From Candidatus Eiseniibacteriota bacterium (GTDB lineage: Bacteria; Eisenbacteria; RBG-16-71-46), in the NCBI GenBank assembly GCA_963717505.1, contig OY970342.1:2432001-2496000 (forward strand): DNA of 64,000 nt, read 5' to 3'. A program made the translations under genes and the position numbers. The notes beneath the pieces are model-generated. The model was given only the letters and a program-made list of their open reading frames with translations, was not told where the DNA came from and made no database searches. This document shows, one piece after another, positions 28,442 through 37,987 of the stretch. Position 1 is the stretch's first letter, and each line of letters starts with the position of its first letter.

Positions 28442-29232
28442 CTACGCAGACGCTCCAGCTGATCGCGCGGAACGTAGTCGAACGCGACACCAATGCCGCC
28501 GGATCGCTGCCATCCCGGGTGCTGAACCCGGACCACGCGCGCGGACGCCTCGACGCGGTCGCCGTTCTCCAGCTCGATGTCGAGGTCGAGCCGGGTGCCG
28601 ACCGGGATCTCGCCGTTGGTTTCCAACAGGGCGCCGGTGACGCTGATGTCGACGATCCGCATCGCGGTGCTGCGCGCATCGTGGTGGATGACGCCCAGCG
28701 ACCGACGACGACGGCGGCGGGCCGGCGGGGGATCGGGGCCCGGGTGGGGCGGACGCGAACTGGGCGAGACGGCGCGGATCGCTTCGATCTGTTGCCGGAT
28801 CCGCGTGCACGCCGGCGCCAGGGCCGCGCGCAGAGCGTCGTCATTGCGGGCCCCGTGCTCGACGACGATCAGGTCGAGTCCCGAGGGCAGGAGGAACGGG
28901 ATCGTTCCCGGTTGGACCAGGAACGTGCGGCCGCGACCCAATCGGCCCATGAAGTACGCCGATTGCATCACCACCGTGTCGCGAAACGCGAACGCGTGCG
29001 CCGAGGGGCGTGGGACGTCGCCCGGAGCCAGCACGATCGCGGCGAAGTCGAAACGCCGGCCGCACTCCTCGAGTGCTTCGATCGGTCCGAGCGAGAGCAG
29101 CGTGCGCTCGGGGTTCCAGATCGTGCACTCCACGTCGGATTCGAGGTTGGCCTGGATCGCGCGGGCGATCCCATAACCCGCGGGCGACGAAGAGATGGCG
29201 AACAGACGCGAGCGCGGCAGCACGATCTTCAT
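28411..29232 (-). CDS. CAP12/Pycsar-type TIR-like domain fused to PilZ domain
   Basis: LFAISSS..DVECTIW..FDFAAIVLAPGD..RDTVVMQSAYFMGRLGRGRTF..LPSGL; then RRRRR and DISVTG PilZ motifs, VVRV, GIGVAF. Confidence 0.8.
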   Translation of the reverse strand: MKIVLPRSRLFAISSSPAGYGIARAIQANLESDVECTIWNPERTLLSLGPIEALEECGRRFDFAAIVLAPGDVPRPSAHAFAFRDTVVMQSAYFMGRLGRGRTFLVQPGTIPFLLPSGLDLIVVEHGARNDDALRAALAPACTRIRQQIEAIRAVSPSSRPPHPGPDPPPARRRRRRSLGVIHHDARSTAMRIVDISVTGALLETNGEIPVGTRLDLDIELENGDRVEASARVVRVQHPGWQRSGGIGVAFDYVPRDQLERLRSYVEAETLAA

Positions 29233-29858
29233 GCGATCTTCCGCGACGCGACGCGAACCACTTCGCGGCGCGAGATGCCGTTCGACTTACGCCAGGCCGT
29301 GCTCTCCCGATAGGCGCGCTCGAACTCCTGGACGCAATCCTCGACCCGGACCGGCTTCGGCCATTGTGCGGCTCGTTCCGCGACCGCGCGGGCGTGGACC
29401 GCAGTCGCCGACTGGCCGGGGAGGTGGACCATGGAGTGCCCCGGCCGCTTCTCGAGTCCCGTGTCCTTGGAAGTCGTCCAGCTGTCGCTGTTGCCGTCCT
29501 TCAGATGGCGGCCGATGTCGAACCACTGCCCGACCTGTGGATGCTCGTAGAGCGCTGCGTAGAGCGAGTCGCGGGGGTTGGCCATCAGACGAACCAGGAC
29601 GCCGGGCATCTCCTGGACCTGCCACACACCGCCGTCGAGGTAGCCGAGGCCGCGAAATTCCGCATACGTGGCGTCGGCCAGACCAGCGTTGCGCCACGGG
29701 GCCGGCCCCGCGGCGGACAATTTGATCGTGTCTGGCTGCTTGCCCAGGGCCGCAGCCGCGATCGCACGCCCGCCGACCGCCGCGATGACGAGACGCAGGA
29801 TCGGCTGGAGCAACCAGAGGGCAAGCCAGATCGCCCCCAGAATCAGAATCCACTTCAT
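29229..29858 (-). CDS. hypothetical N-terminally membrane-anchored protein
   Basis: [25 protein letters not shown] anchor; ATGA overlap with the TIR-PilZ gene. Confidence 0.7.
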   Translation of the reverse strand: MKWILILGAIWLALWLLQPILRLVIAAVGGRAIAAAALGKQPDTIKLSAAGPAPWRNAGLADATYAEFRGLGYLDGGVWQVQEMPGVLVRLMANPRDSLYAALYEHPQVGQWFDIGRHLKDGNSDSWTTSKDTGLEKRPGHSMVHLPGQSATAVHARAVAERAAQWPKPVRVEDCVQEFERAYRESTAWRKSNGISRREVVRVASRKIA

Positions 29859-30018
29859 GAGCCCCTCCGTAGGCCCCTCCGAGGCATCCCGGTTATCGGC
29901 CAAAACCCCCACCCGGCTTGAGCCGTCCGTTCACGTCCCGTATTCTCGTTCGCCGCGCGCCCACCGGCCGGCGCGTGGCCGTTCAGGAGCGACTCCCACC
30001 CTTTCAACGGACCGCACG

Positions 30019-31827
30019 ATGAACCGGAACCCGAAGCTCGAAGCATGGGTGCGCGACGTCGCCGCCCTGTGCCAGCCCGAAAGCGTCGTCTGGTGCGACG
30101 GCTCGGAGCAGGAGTACCAGAGGATGCTGAGCCTGATGATCCAGGCGGGCACGGCGATCCCCCTGAATTCCGAGAAGCGGCCCAACAGTATTCTCGTGCG
30201 GTCCGATCCGGCGGACGTCGCCCGGGTCGAGGAGTTCACCTTCATCTGCTCCCGGCATTCCGGCGACGCCGGTCCGACCAACAACTGGCGCGACCCGGAG
30301 AAGACCAAACGCACGCTGACCGAACTGTTCGCCGGCGCCATGCGCGGCCGCATCCTCTACGTGATCCCGTACAGCATGGGGCCGATCGGCTCGCCGATCG
30401 CCGGGATCGGCGTCGAACTCACCGACTCGCCGTACGTGGTCGCCAGCATGCACATCATGGCTCGGGTGGGCTCCCGAGTGCTCGAGGCCCTGAATCAGGA
30501 CGGCGAGTTCGTCCGCGGACTTCATTCCGTGGGCGCGCCGCTCGAGAGCAACGCGCCGGATTCCCCATGGCCTTGCAACGCGAAGACCAAGTACATCGCA
30601 CACTTCCCCGAGACGCGCGAGATCTGGTCGTACGGCTCGGGCTACGGCGGCAACGCGCTGCTCGGCAAGAAATGCCATGCGCTGCGGATCGCCTCGGTCC
30701 AAGCGCGCGACGAAGGCTGGATGGCCGAGCACATGCTGATTCTCGGCATCACCGACCCCAAGGGACGCAAGATCTACGTGGCCGCGGCGTTCCCGTCGGC
30801 CTGTGGCAAGACCAACCTGGCGATGCTCGAGCCGGCGCTGCCCGGCTGGAAGGTCGAGTGCGTCGGCGACGACATCGCGTGGATGAAGTTCGGGCCGGAG
30901 GGCCGGCTGCACGCGATCAATCCCGAGGCCGGCTTCTTCGGGGTCGCTCCGGGCACCAGCATGAAGAGCAACGCCAACGCGATGCGCACCACGGCCAAGA
31001 ACTCCATCTTCACCAACTGCGCGGTGACCTCCGACGGCGACGTCTGGTGGGAGGAGATGACCGAAACGCCGCCGGCAGCGCTGACCGACTGGCTACGCCG
31101 CCCGTGGACGCCGGCGTCCCGGCGCAAGGCGGCACATCCCAACGCGCGGTTCACGACCCCCGCCCGCCAATGTCCGGTGATCTCCTCCGAGTGGGAGAAT
31201 CCGGCCGGCGTGCCGATCTCGGCGATCCTGTTCGGCGGCCGGCGTGCGGGCGTGGTGCCCCTGGTCAACGAAGCCCTGTCGTGGCGCCACGGGACGTTCC
31301 TCGGCTCGATCATGAGCAGCGAAACCACGGCCGCGGCGGCGGGCAAGGTCGGGACGCTCCGGCATGATCCGTTCGCGATGCTGCCGTTCTGCGGCTATCA
31401 CATGGGCGACTACTTCGCGCACTGGCTCGCGATGGGGGAAAAGGCCGACGCCGCCAAGCTGCCGAAGGTTTTCTATGTGAATTGGTTTCGTAAGGATGCG
31501 AACGGCAAGTTCCTGTGGCCGGGCTACTCCGACAACGCGCGCGTGCTCAAGTGGATCTTCGAGCGTGTCACCGGTGGCGGCCAGGCGGTCGACACCCCGA
31601 TCGGGCGACTGCCTGCGCCGGGAGCGCTGGACCTGACCGGGCTCGACCTGACCGACCAGGCGGCGCGCGATCTCCTGCAAGTCGACGTCGAGGGCTGGAC
31701 GGCCGAGCTGCCGGCGATCAAGCAGCACTTCGAGAAATTCGGGGCCAAGTTGCCGGAGGGGTTGCGCGCAGAACTGGCGGCGCTCGAGCAGCGGCTACAG
31801 GTGGCTTCGGTGGCGACGCGCGCCTAG
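30019..31827 (+). CDS. pckG: phosphoenolpyruvate carboxykinase (GTP)
   Basis: [47 protein letters not shown]. Confidence 0.96.
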   Translation: MNRNPKLEAWVRDVAALCQPESVVWCDGSEQEYQRMLSLMIQAGTAIPLNSEKRPNSILVRSDPADVARVEEFTFICSRHSGDAGPTNNWRDPEKTKRTLTELFAGAMRGRILYVIPYSMGPIGSPIAGIGVELTDSPYVVASMHIMARVGSRVLEALNQDGEFVRGLHSVGAPLESNAPDSPWPCNAKTKYIAHFPETREIWSYGSGYGGNALLGKKCHALRIASVQARDEGWMAEHMLILGITDPKGRKIYVAAAFPSACGKTNLAMLEPALPGWKVECVGDDIAWMKFGPEGRLHAINPEAGFFGVAPGTSMKSNANAMRTTAKNSIFTNCAVTSDGDVWWEEMTETPPAALTDWLRRPWTPASRRKAAHPNARFTTPARQCPVISSEWENPAGVPISAILFGGRRAGVVPLVNEALSWRHGTFLGSIMSSETTAAAAGKVGTLRHDPFAMLPFCGYHMGDYFAHWLAMGEKADAAKLPKVFYVNWFRKDANGKFLWPGYSDNARVLKWIFERVTGGGQAVDTPIGRLPAPGALDLTGLDLTDQAARDLLQVDVEGWTAELPAIKQHFEKFGAKLPEGLRAELAALEQRLQVASVATRA

Positions 31828-31841
31828 CGTCGCGACGTTCG

Positions 31842-32972
31842 GTGTCGAGGTCGCGATGGCGATGGGCGGCGCTCGGGGTCGGCAGCCTGCTGCTGGTCGC
31901 CGGGGTCGTCGCCGGAGCGGCGAGCTTCCAGCGACACGAAGGCTACTTCAGCCCGGTGTTCTCGCCCGATGGCCGGAGCGTGTACTTCGTCCAGCGCAAT
32001 ACCTCGGGCTTCGTATGGGGCCGCGGCTGGGAGCACTTCACGCCGCCGGCGACGACGTTCGCGCTCGATGACCGCGTCACCCTGCGCGCGATCGACCTGG
32101 CCACGGGACGCGTCGAAATGCTGCAGTCGTGGCCGACGATCGCCCATCGTCGGGCGGTTCCTTCGCGAGTACCGAGGCCGTTCGTTCCAGATCCTGAATT
32201 CGGTGATACGCGCGGATATCGCCGGCGGCGTCGACTACACCATCGGGCTCTCGATCACGCGCATCGGGATCTCCGATCAATACTTCCTTTCGGGTCGCTG
32301 GCACCCGGGGACTCCAACCCACGGAGGCTGGCACCCAGGGTGGTCGCCGCAGTCGACCAGTGAGCCCGTCTTGCACGGCGACAGCGAGGTCATGACGATC
32401 CCCGGTCCGCGAGTCGTTTCCCGTCGGCCCTGGTGGTCTTCGATTCCGGCGGCGTGAGGACGAAGGCGGTTCGCGCCCAACGCGACGTTCGAGCGCCAGC
32501 TATCCGGACGGCGTTCCACCGTCGTTTCTGGTAACGAGCGCTCGCGGCGTCCGGATCTCGAGCGAGCCGCCGAGGTCCAACGGGTCCATGACGAATGGGT
32601 CGCCAAGTTTCGGCGGACGGCGCTGGCGAGAACGAGGCCCTGCTGCGCGCCGGCAAGGAAATGGAACGACTCGGCTACTACCCGCGCTCGGCCTACCTGG
32701 TCGCGCGCGAGATTCGCTCCGAGGCTCGTGCGGACAGCGTCGGCCCGATGTTCGAGATCGCCGCCGAGGAATTCCAGGTCGGCCTGTTCCCGGACCTGGA
32801 ACGCGCGATCGCGCATCCCGGTGAGGAAGTGGACGCCAGCATGGGCGGCTACATCGTCCATCGCGACTTCACGACCAGCGAGCGGCTGAATGCGTTCCTG
32901 GAGCAGGGGGGACGGGTGTTCGAGGTGCGAACCGGCGGCCGGCGCTACGAAGTGACTCTGGTTCGTCCCTGA
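31842..32972 (+). pseudogene. membrane-anchored hypothetical protein broken by several single-base frameshifts (probably sequencing error)
   Basis: Coding-like segments continue across frames: ..FSPVFSPDGRSVYFV..QSWPT | SPIVGRF..TIPGP | ESFP | SALVVFD.. | ..ENEALLRAGKEMERLGYYP.. Confidence 0.6.
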
Positions 32973-32988
32973 GAAGCGCCGAGTCTGG

Positions 32989-34278
32989 TCAGGCGAGAAC
33001 CGCTTCGAGACTCCGCGGTACGCCCGCGGTCAGCACCTCGGGCTCGTCGCGCCGTACGCGGACGTTGTCCTCGATCCGGATGCCGCCGAACTCCTCGAGC
33101 TCGTCGACGCGCGACCAGACCACCGTGTCGCGATGCTCCGCGCGGCGCTCCGGATTGTTGAGCAACGCGGAAATGAAGTAGACGCCGGGCTCGACCGTGA
33201 TCACGTAGTCGAGTTCGAGCGGCAGATCGGTGCGCAGCATGCCCAGCCCGGGCCGCGTGCTGCGGATGCGTCCCGGGAGATAACCGCTGGCGTCGCGCAC
33301 GCCGAGCCCGACCAAATGCCCGAGCCCGTGCGGGTAGAACAGTGCGTGGGCGTCGCGCTCGACCAACTCTTCGGGGTGGCCGCGGAGGATTCCGAGGTCC
33401 ACGAGCCCGGCCGCGATCTCGTACGCTGATTTCATGTGGACGTCACGCCACTCGGCTCCGGGTACGCAGCGCGCGACCGCCCGTTCGTTGACGCCGAGCA
33501 CCAGCGCGTACAGCTCGCGGAAGAAGCCCGGATCGCCGCCGGCAGCGCGGTAGGTGCGCGTGACGTCGCTCGCGTAGCGCTGGACTTGCGCTCCGGCGTC
33601 GATCAGAACGCTGTCGCCTTCGCGGATCACGCGAGTACTCGGCGTGAAGTGGAGGACGGCCGAGTTGGATCCGGCGCCGACGATGGTGTGATACGCGGTA
33701 GCATCGCCGCCGTTTCGCTGGAACGTGGCCTCCAGTTCGATCTGGACGGCGCGCTCGGTGACCCCGGCCTGAATCATACGCTGGGCGGCTTCGAAACCGG
33801 CCGCGGTGGCGGCCGCCGCGCGGCGCATGCGTTCGAGCTCGACCGCATCCTTCGGTCGGCGCGCGTGCATGAGGATCTCGCGCAGCTCCAGGGCGCGCGC
33901 GGTGTCGCCCTGGATTCCCGGCAATGCGCAGCCGAGCGAAATGATCGGTTGCCCGCGGCGCGCTTCGAGCCAACCTGCCAGTTCGTCGAGCGGCGTACCC
34001 GGCGCCTCGGTGCGCCCTTCCCACACGCGTTCGGCCTCGGTCACCGGCGGAACGAAGTCGGTCCAGCCCGATTGGGGATCGAACGCGAGCACGCCGCCGG
34101 GAGTCTCGCGATCGGCGAGATAGAAGTACTCGGCATGACTCATGAACGGATAAACCTGGTCGGCGCCTCCGGGCACCGAGATCAGCTCGCCGGCGCCGAA
34201 CAGGACGACCTCGCGCTCGAGCTTCCAGGCGGCGGCGATGCGCTCACGGCGTCGTTTCAGGTAGTCGGTCATGCGCAT
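32989..34278 (-). CDS. pepP: Xaa-Pro aminopeptidase (M24B)
   Basis: LIDAG..YASDVTRT, PHGLGHLVGL, TVEPGVY, GGIRIEDNV; start could be 34272. Confidence 0.9.
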   Translation of the reverse strand: MRMTDYLKRRRERIAAAWKLEREVVLFGAGELISVPGGADQVYPFMSHAEYFYLADRETPGGVLAFDPQSGWTDFVPPVTEAERVWEGRTEAPGTPLDELAGWLEARRGQPIISLGCALPGIQGDTARALELREILMHARRPKDAVELERMRRAAAATAAGFEAAQRMIQAGVTERAVQIELEATFQRNGGDATAYHTIVGAGSNSAVLHFTPSTRVIREGDSVLIDAGAQVQRYASDVTRTYRAAGGDPGFFRELYALVLGVNERAVARCVPGAEWRDVHMKSAYEIAAGLVDLGILRGHPEELVERDAHALFYPHGLGHLVGLGVRDASGYLPGRIRSTRPGLGMLRTDLPLELDYVITVEPGVYFISALLNNPERRAEHRDTVVWSRVDELEEFGGIRIEDNVRVRRDEPEVLTAGVPRSLEAVLA

Positions 34279-34281
34279 ACT

Positions 34282-35823
34282 CTAGCCGGTCGCGACGCGA
34301 TCGCGAAAACGCTGCAACCGGCCGCGATCGACCTTGCCCAGGTGCGTGCGTGGCAGGGCGTCGAGGAACACGACTTCGCGGGGGTGCTTGTAGGCGTCGA
34401 GCCGGGTGCGCACGAACTCGCGCAGCTCCTCGCCGAGCCCGTCGCGGCGCTCCTTGGCGACCACGAACGCCAGCGGCTTGACCAGCCCATTCGCATCCGC
34501 GACGCCGACCACCGCCGCCTCGCTCACCGCCGGGTGCTGGAGCAGGCAGCCCTCGACTTCGGCCGGGGCCAGCCACTTGCCGGCAACCTTGAGCAGCTCG
34601 TCGCCGCGGCCGCAGTAGGTGACGAAGCCGTCGGCGTCGCGGCGAATCAGGTCGCCCGAGACGTACCAGTCGCCGCGGAAGCCTTGCTGGGTCTTTTCCA
34701 TCTGCTGCCAGTAGGCGATCGCGCGCGCGCCGCCGCGCACCCACAGCCAGCCGGTCTCTCCGGGGGGCAGGTCGCGCCCGTCGTCGTCGCAGACTTTGAC
34801 CTCGAAGCCGGGAACGACCGTGCCGAGTGTCCCCGGACGCGCGGCACCCGGACGGTTCGAGATGAAGATGTGCCACATCTCGGCGGTGCCGAGGCCGTCG
34901 AGCAGATCGACGCCGAAGGTCTCGCGCCAGCGCTCGTGCAGCTCGACCGGCAGCGCTTCGCCCGCCGAGGTGCACACCCGCAGCGAGGACAAGTCCTGCG
35001 CCTTGGCGTCGGGGTGGGACACCATCTTGTGGATCATGGTCGGAACGTTGATCAGGATGGTCGGCCGGAACCGCCGGATACGCTCGAACACGACGTCGGC
35101 GGTGACCGGCTCGGGAAACAACGCCGAGGCGCCGCCGGCCGCAAACGGAAACAGCAGGTTCGAGCCGGTCGCGTACCCGAAGTAGAGCTTGGGGATCGAC
35201 ATCGTGACGTCGTCACGCGAGTAGCCGATCACCTGCCGGGCGTAGCAGTCATTCGTAAAGGCGAACGAGCGGTGCGTCTGGACGACGGCTTTCGGGCGGC
35301 CGGTGGTGCCGCCGGAGAAGAGCCAGATGGCGGCATCGTCCCGATGGGAGGGGAAGGTCTCGAAGTCGGGCGAGGACGCGGCGAGCTTGTCGTCGGTCTC
35401 GCGCTCGCCGATCACCAGGATCGCCTTCACGAAACGCGATCCGTCCGCCGCCTCGCGGAACGTAGCGGCCGTGTCGCGGTGAGCGACGACAACGCGCGCG
35501 CGCGAGTAGTCGAGCAGGTGACGGAGGTCGGAGGCCGGCAGCGCCGGATTCACCATCACGACCACCGCGCCGAGCTCGAGCGTGCCGAACAGCGCGCCGA
35601 CGAACTCGGGGCCGTCCGGCAGCGCGATCAGCACGCGCTGCTCGGGTTCCGCGCCGGATGCGGCGAGCAGGTTCGCGAAGCGGTGGGCCAATGCCTGGAC
35701 ATCGGCGTAGCTCAAAGTGCCGCCGTCGGTGCGCAGGGCGGCGCGCTCGCCGAGTCCTTCGCGCACTCGGGCATCGAGGAACCAGTCGGCGACGTTCAAC
35801 TGTTCCGGCGGATCGAAGCTCAT
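34282..35823 (-). CDS. benzoate/2-aminobenzoate-CoA ligase family protein
   Basis: WLFSGGTTGRPKAV, KLYFGYATG, SAGEALP, DGLGTAEMWHIF, WYVSGD, PRTHLGK; adjacent to the anthranilate cluster. Confidence 0.88.
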   Translation of the reverse strand: MSFDPPEQLNVADWFLDARVREGLGERAALRTDGGTLSYADVQALAHRFANLLAASGAEPEQRVLIALPDGPEFVGALFGTLELGAVVVMVNPALPASDLRHLLDYSRARVVVAHRDTAATFREAADGSRFVKAILVIGERETDDKLAASSPDFETFPSHRDDAAIWLFSGGTTGRPKAVVQTHRSFAFTNDCYARQVIGYSRDDVTMSIPKLYFGYATGSNLLFPFAAGGASALFPEPVTADVVFERIRRFRPTILINVPTMIHKMVSHPDAKAQDLSSLRVCTSAGEALPVELHERWRETFGVDLLDGLGTAEMWHIFISNRPGAARPGTLGTVVPGFEVKVCDDDGRDLPPGETGWLWVRGGARAIAYWQQMEKTQQGFRGDWYVSGDLIRRDADGFVTYCGRGDELLKVAGKWLAPAEVEGCLLQHPAVSEAAVVGVADANGLVKPLAFVVAKERRDGLGEELREFVRTRLDAYKHPREVVFLDALPRTHLGKVDRGRLQRFRDRVATG

Positions 35824-35838
35824 GGTAGGTTGCGCATC

Positions 35839-37098
35839 ATGGACGCGCGATTCCGAGGTGGCAACTCCGGAAGGGCCAACGCGGTCGGTAGCGGAGTCGG
35901 CGCTTCGACGGGGGCTCCGGCGCGTTTCGGCCGGGACCTGCTGAAACTCTGGCCGCTGGACCCGAACATCATCTACCTGAATCACGGCACGGTCGGCGCG
36001 CCACCGCGTCGCGTGCTCGAGGCGCAGCAGCGGATCCGCGACGAAATGGTGCGGCAGCCCTCGCGATTCCTGTTGCGCGAGCTGACGCTGATCGGGGCCG
36101 GAGCCCACCGACCCGCCCTGCCGCGGATGCGGGCGGCGGCGGGTGAGGTCGCCGGTTTCGTCGGCGCACGCGCCGACGATCTGGTGTTCGTCGACAACGC
36201 GACCACCGGCGCCAACGCCGTGCTGCGCTCGTTCGACCTGCGGGCCGGCGACGAGATCCTGATGCTCGAAGGCTGCTACGGCGCAGTCCTCAATACGGCT
36301 CGCTACGTGTCACGGATGCGCCAGGCCGAGGTGCGCATCGTCGAGTTGCCGTACCCGCTGGATGGACCGGACGCGATCACGCGCGCGTTCACCAGCGCGC
36401 TCGGACCCAGGACACGCATTGCCGTGATCGACCACATCATGTCGGAGAGCGCGTTACTGCTGCCGGTCGCCGAGATCGCGGCGGCCTGTCGGGCCCGAGG
36501 TGTGCCGCTGTTGGTCGATGGCGCTCATGCACCCGGCGCGATTGCGTTGGACATTCCGTCTCTGGGCGTGGATTGGTACACGGGAAACTTGCACAAATGG
36601 GCGCAGTCACCACATACGTCGGCGATTCTGTGGGTGTCGCCCGAGCGTCAGAAAGACATGCATCCGGTGGTCATTTCGTGGGGACTCGATCAAGGTTTCA
36701 CGACGGAATTCGATCTGGTCGGCACCCGCGACCCCTCGGCGCATCTCGCCGCACCCGAAGGCATCGCGTTCATGCGCGAGCTGGGCGTGCGCGAGATGCA
36801 GGCTTACAACCATGCGCTGGCCTGGGAGTCGGGCAAGCTGCTGACGCGGCGGTTCGAAACCGAGATCGGAAAGCCGGAGAGTATGGTCGGCACCATGATC
36901 ACGATTCCGCTACCCGAGCGCGCTGGGCGCACGCGCGAGCAGGCTGCGACCCTGCGCGATGCCCTGCTGTTCGAGGATCGGATCGAGGTCCCGATCCACG
37001 CCTGGCGCGAGCGGTTGTGGGTGCGGGTGTCGGCGCAGGTCTACAACGACCTGCGCGACGTCGAGCGATTGGCGGAAGCGCTGGCGGCAAGGGTTTGA
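35839..37098 (+). CDS. class V PLP enzyme (isopenicillin N epimerase/EgtE/cysteine desulfhydrase-like)
   Basis: YLNHGTVGA, DNATTG, VDGAHAPG, NLHKW, GTRD, RVSAQVYN. Confidence 0.85.
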   Translation: MDARFRGGNSGRANAVGSGVGASTGAPARFGRDLLKLWPLDPNIIYLNHGTVGAPPRRVLEAQQRIRDEMVRQPSRFLLRELTLIGAGAHRPALPRMRAAAGEVAGFVGARADDLVFVDNATTGANAVLRSFDLRAGDEILMLEGCYGAVLNTARYVSRMRQAEVRIVELPYPLDGPDAITRAFTSALGPRTRIAVIDHIMSESALLLPVAEIAAACRARGVPLLVDGAHAPGAIALDIPSLGVDWYTGNLHKWAQSPHTSAILWVSPERQKDMHPVVISWGLDQGFTTEFDLVGTRDPSAHLAAPEGIAFMRELGVREMQAYNHALAWESGKLLTRRFETEIGKPESMVGTMITIPLPERAGRTREQAATLRDALLFEDRIEVPIHAWRERLWVRVSAQVYNDLRDVERLAEALAARV

Positions 37099-37216
37099 GC
37101 GACGGGTGGTCCTGGGCTGATACCGAAGAAACAAGGACCAGGCCGTCCCCGGCGAATCCGCGTCGTTTGAAGTGGGATTTCGTCGCGGCGGCTCCGAGAC
37201 GCTAGTCTGGACCGCC

Positions 37217-37987
37217 ATGAGCGCTCCCCAACTCGCCGAACTCACTTGGGAAGAGGTGCGCGATCTCGACCACGCGCGGACCGTGGCGATTCTGCCGGTC
37301 GGCGCGATCGAGGCGCATGGCCCTCATCTGCCGATCGGCACCGACGTCGTGATCGCGAACGCCATGGCGCGCGCCGCGGCCGAAAAGCTTGCGGGCGAGG
37401 GTCGGAAAGCCGTGCTCCTGCCGGCGCTGCACTACACGGCAGCGCCTTTCGGGGCCGCATTCCCCGGAACGATTTCTGTGGCTCCTGCGACGGTCACCGC
37501 TCTGGCTCTGGACATCGCCCGAGAGCTGACGCGACACGGCTTCGCGATCCTGGCCATCGCGAATCCCCATCTCGATCCCACGCATCTCGGGGCGTTGAAC
37601 GACGCAGTCGCGCGCGCGCGCGAGGAGAAACTGCTTCCTGTCGCTTTCCCCGACCTGACCCGCAAGCCGTGGGCCGGACGGTTGACCGAGGAGTTCCAAA
37701 GTGGCGCCTGCCACGCCGGACGTTTCGAGGGCTCGATCGTGATGGCGGAACGTCCGGATCTGGTGCGCAAGGCGATCGCGAGCGGGTTGGCGCCGAATCC
37801 ATCATCGCTTTCGGACGCGATTCGCCGGGGGGATCGCACATTCGAGGCGGCCGGCGGACCGCGCGCATATTTCGGCGCGCCCGCCGAGGCGACGATCGAG
37901 GAAGGTCGAGCGTCGATCGCGATACTCGGCGCGATTCTGGCCGAGTCGGTGCTGATCACGATGTCCGGCGCCGAGGCGCGACCGTGA
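37217..37987 (+). CDS. creatininase-family metal amidohydrolase
   Basis: LTWEEV, PVGAIEAHGPHLPIGTD, ANPH, HAGRFEGS. Confidence 0.88.
   Translation: MSAPQLAELTWEEVRDLDHARTVAILPVGAIEAHGPHLPIGTDVVIANAMARAAAEKLAGEGRKAVLLPALHYTAAPFGAAFPGTISVAPATVTALALDIARELTRHGFAILAIANPHLDPTHLGALNDAVARAREEKLLPVAFPDLTRKPWAGRLTEEFQSGACHAGRFEGSIVMAERPDLVRKAIASGLAPNPSSLSDAIRRGDRTFEAAGGPRAYFGAPAEATIEEGRASIAILGAILAESVLITMSGAEARP

Noticed and set aside
28411-29858. Canonical CBASS/Pycsar/Thoeris operon
   Set aside because: No CD-NTase, PycC cyclase or ThsA-like gene nearby, and the TIR catalytic Glu is absent
33436-37098. 1220-aa ORF as a giant fusion protein
   Set aside because: The first ~800 codons are the antisense shadow of pepP and the CoA ligase; only 35839-37098 has protein motifs
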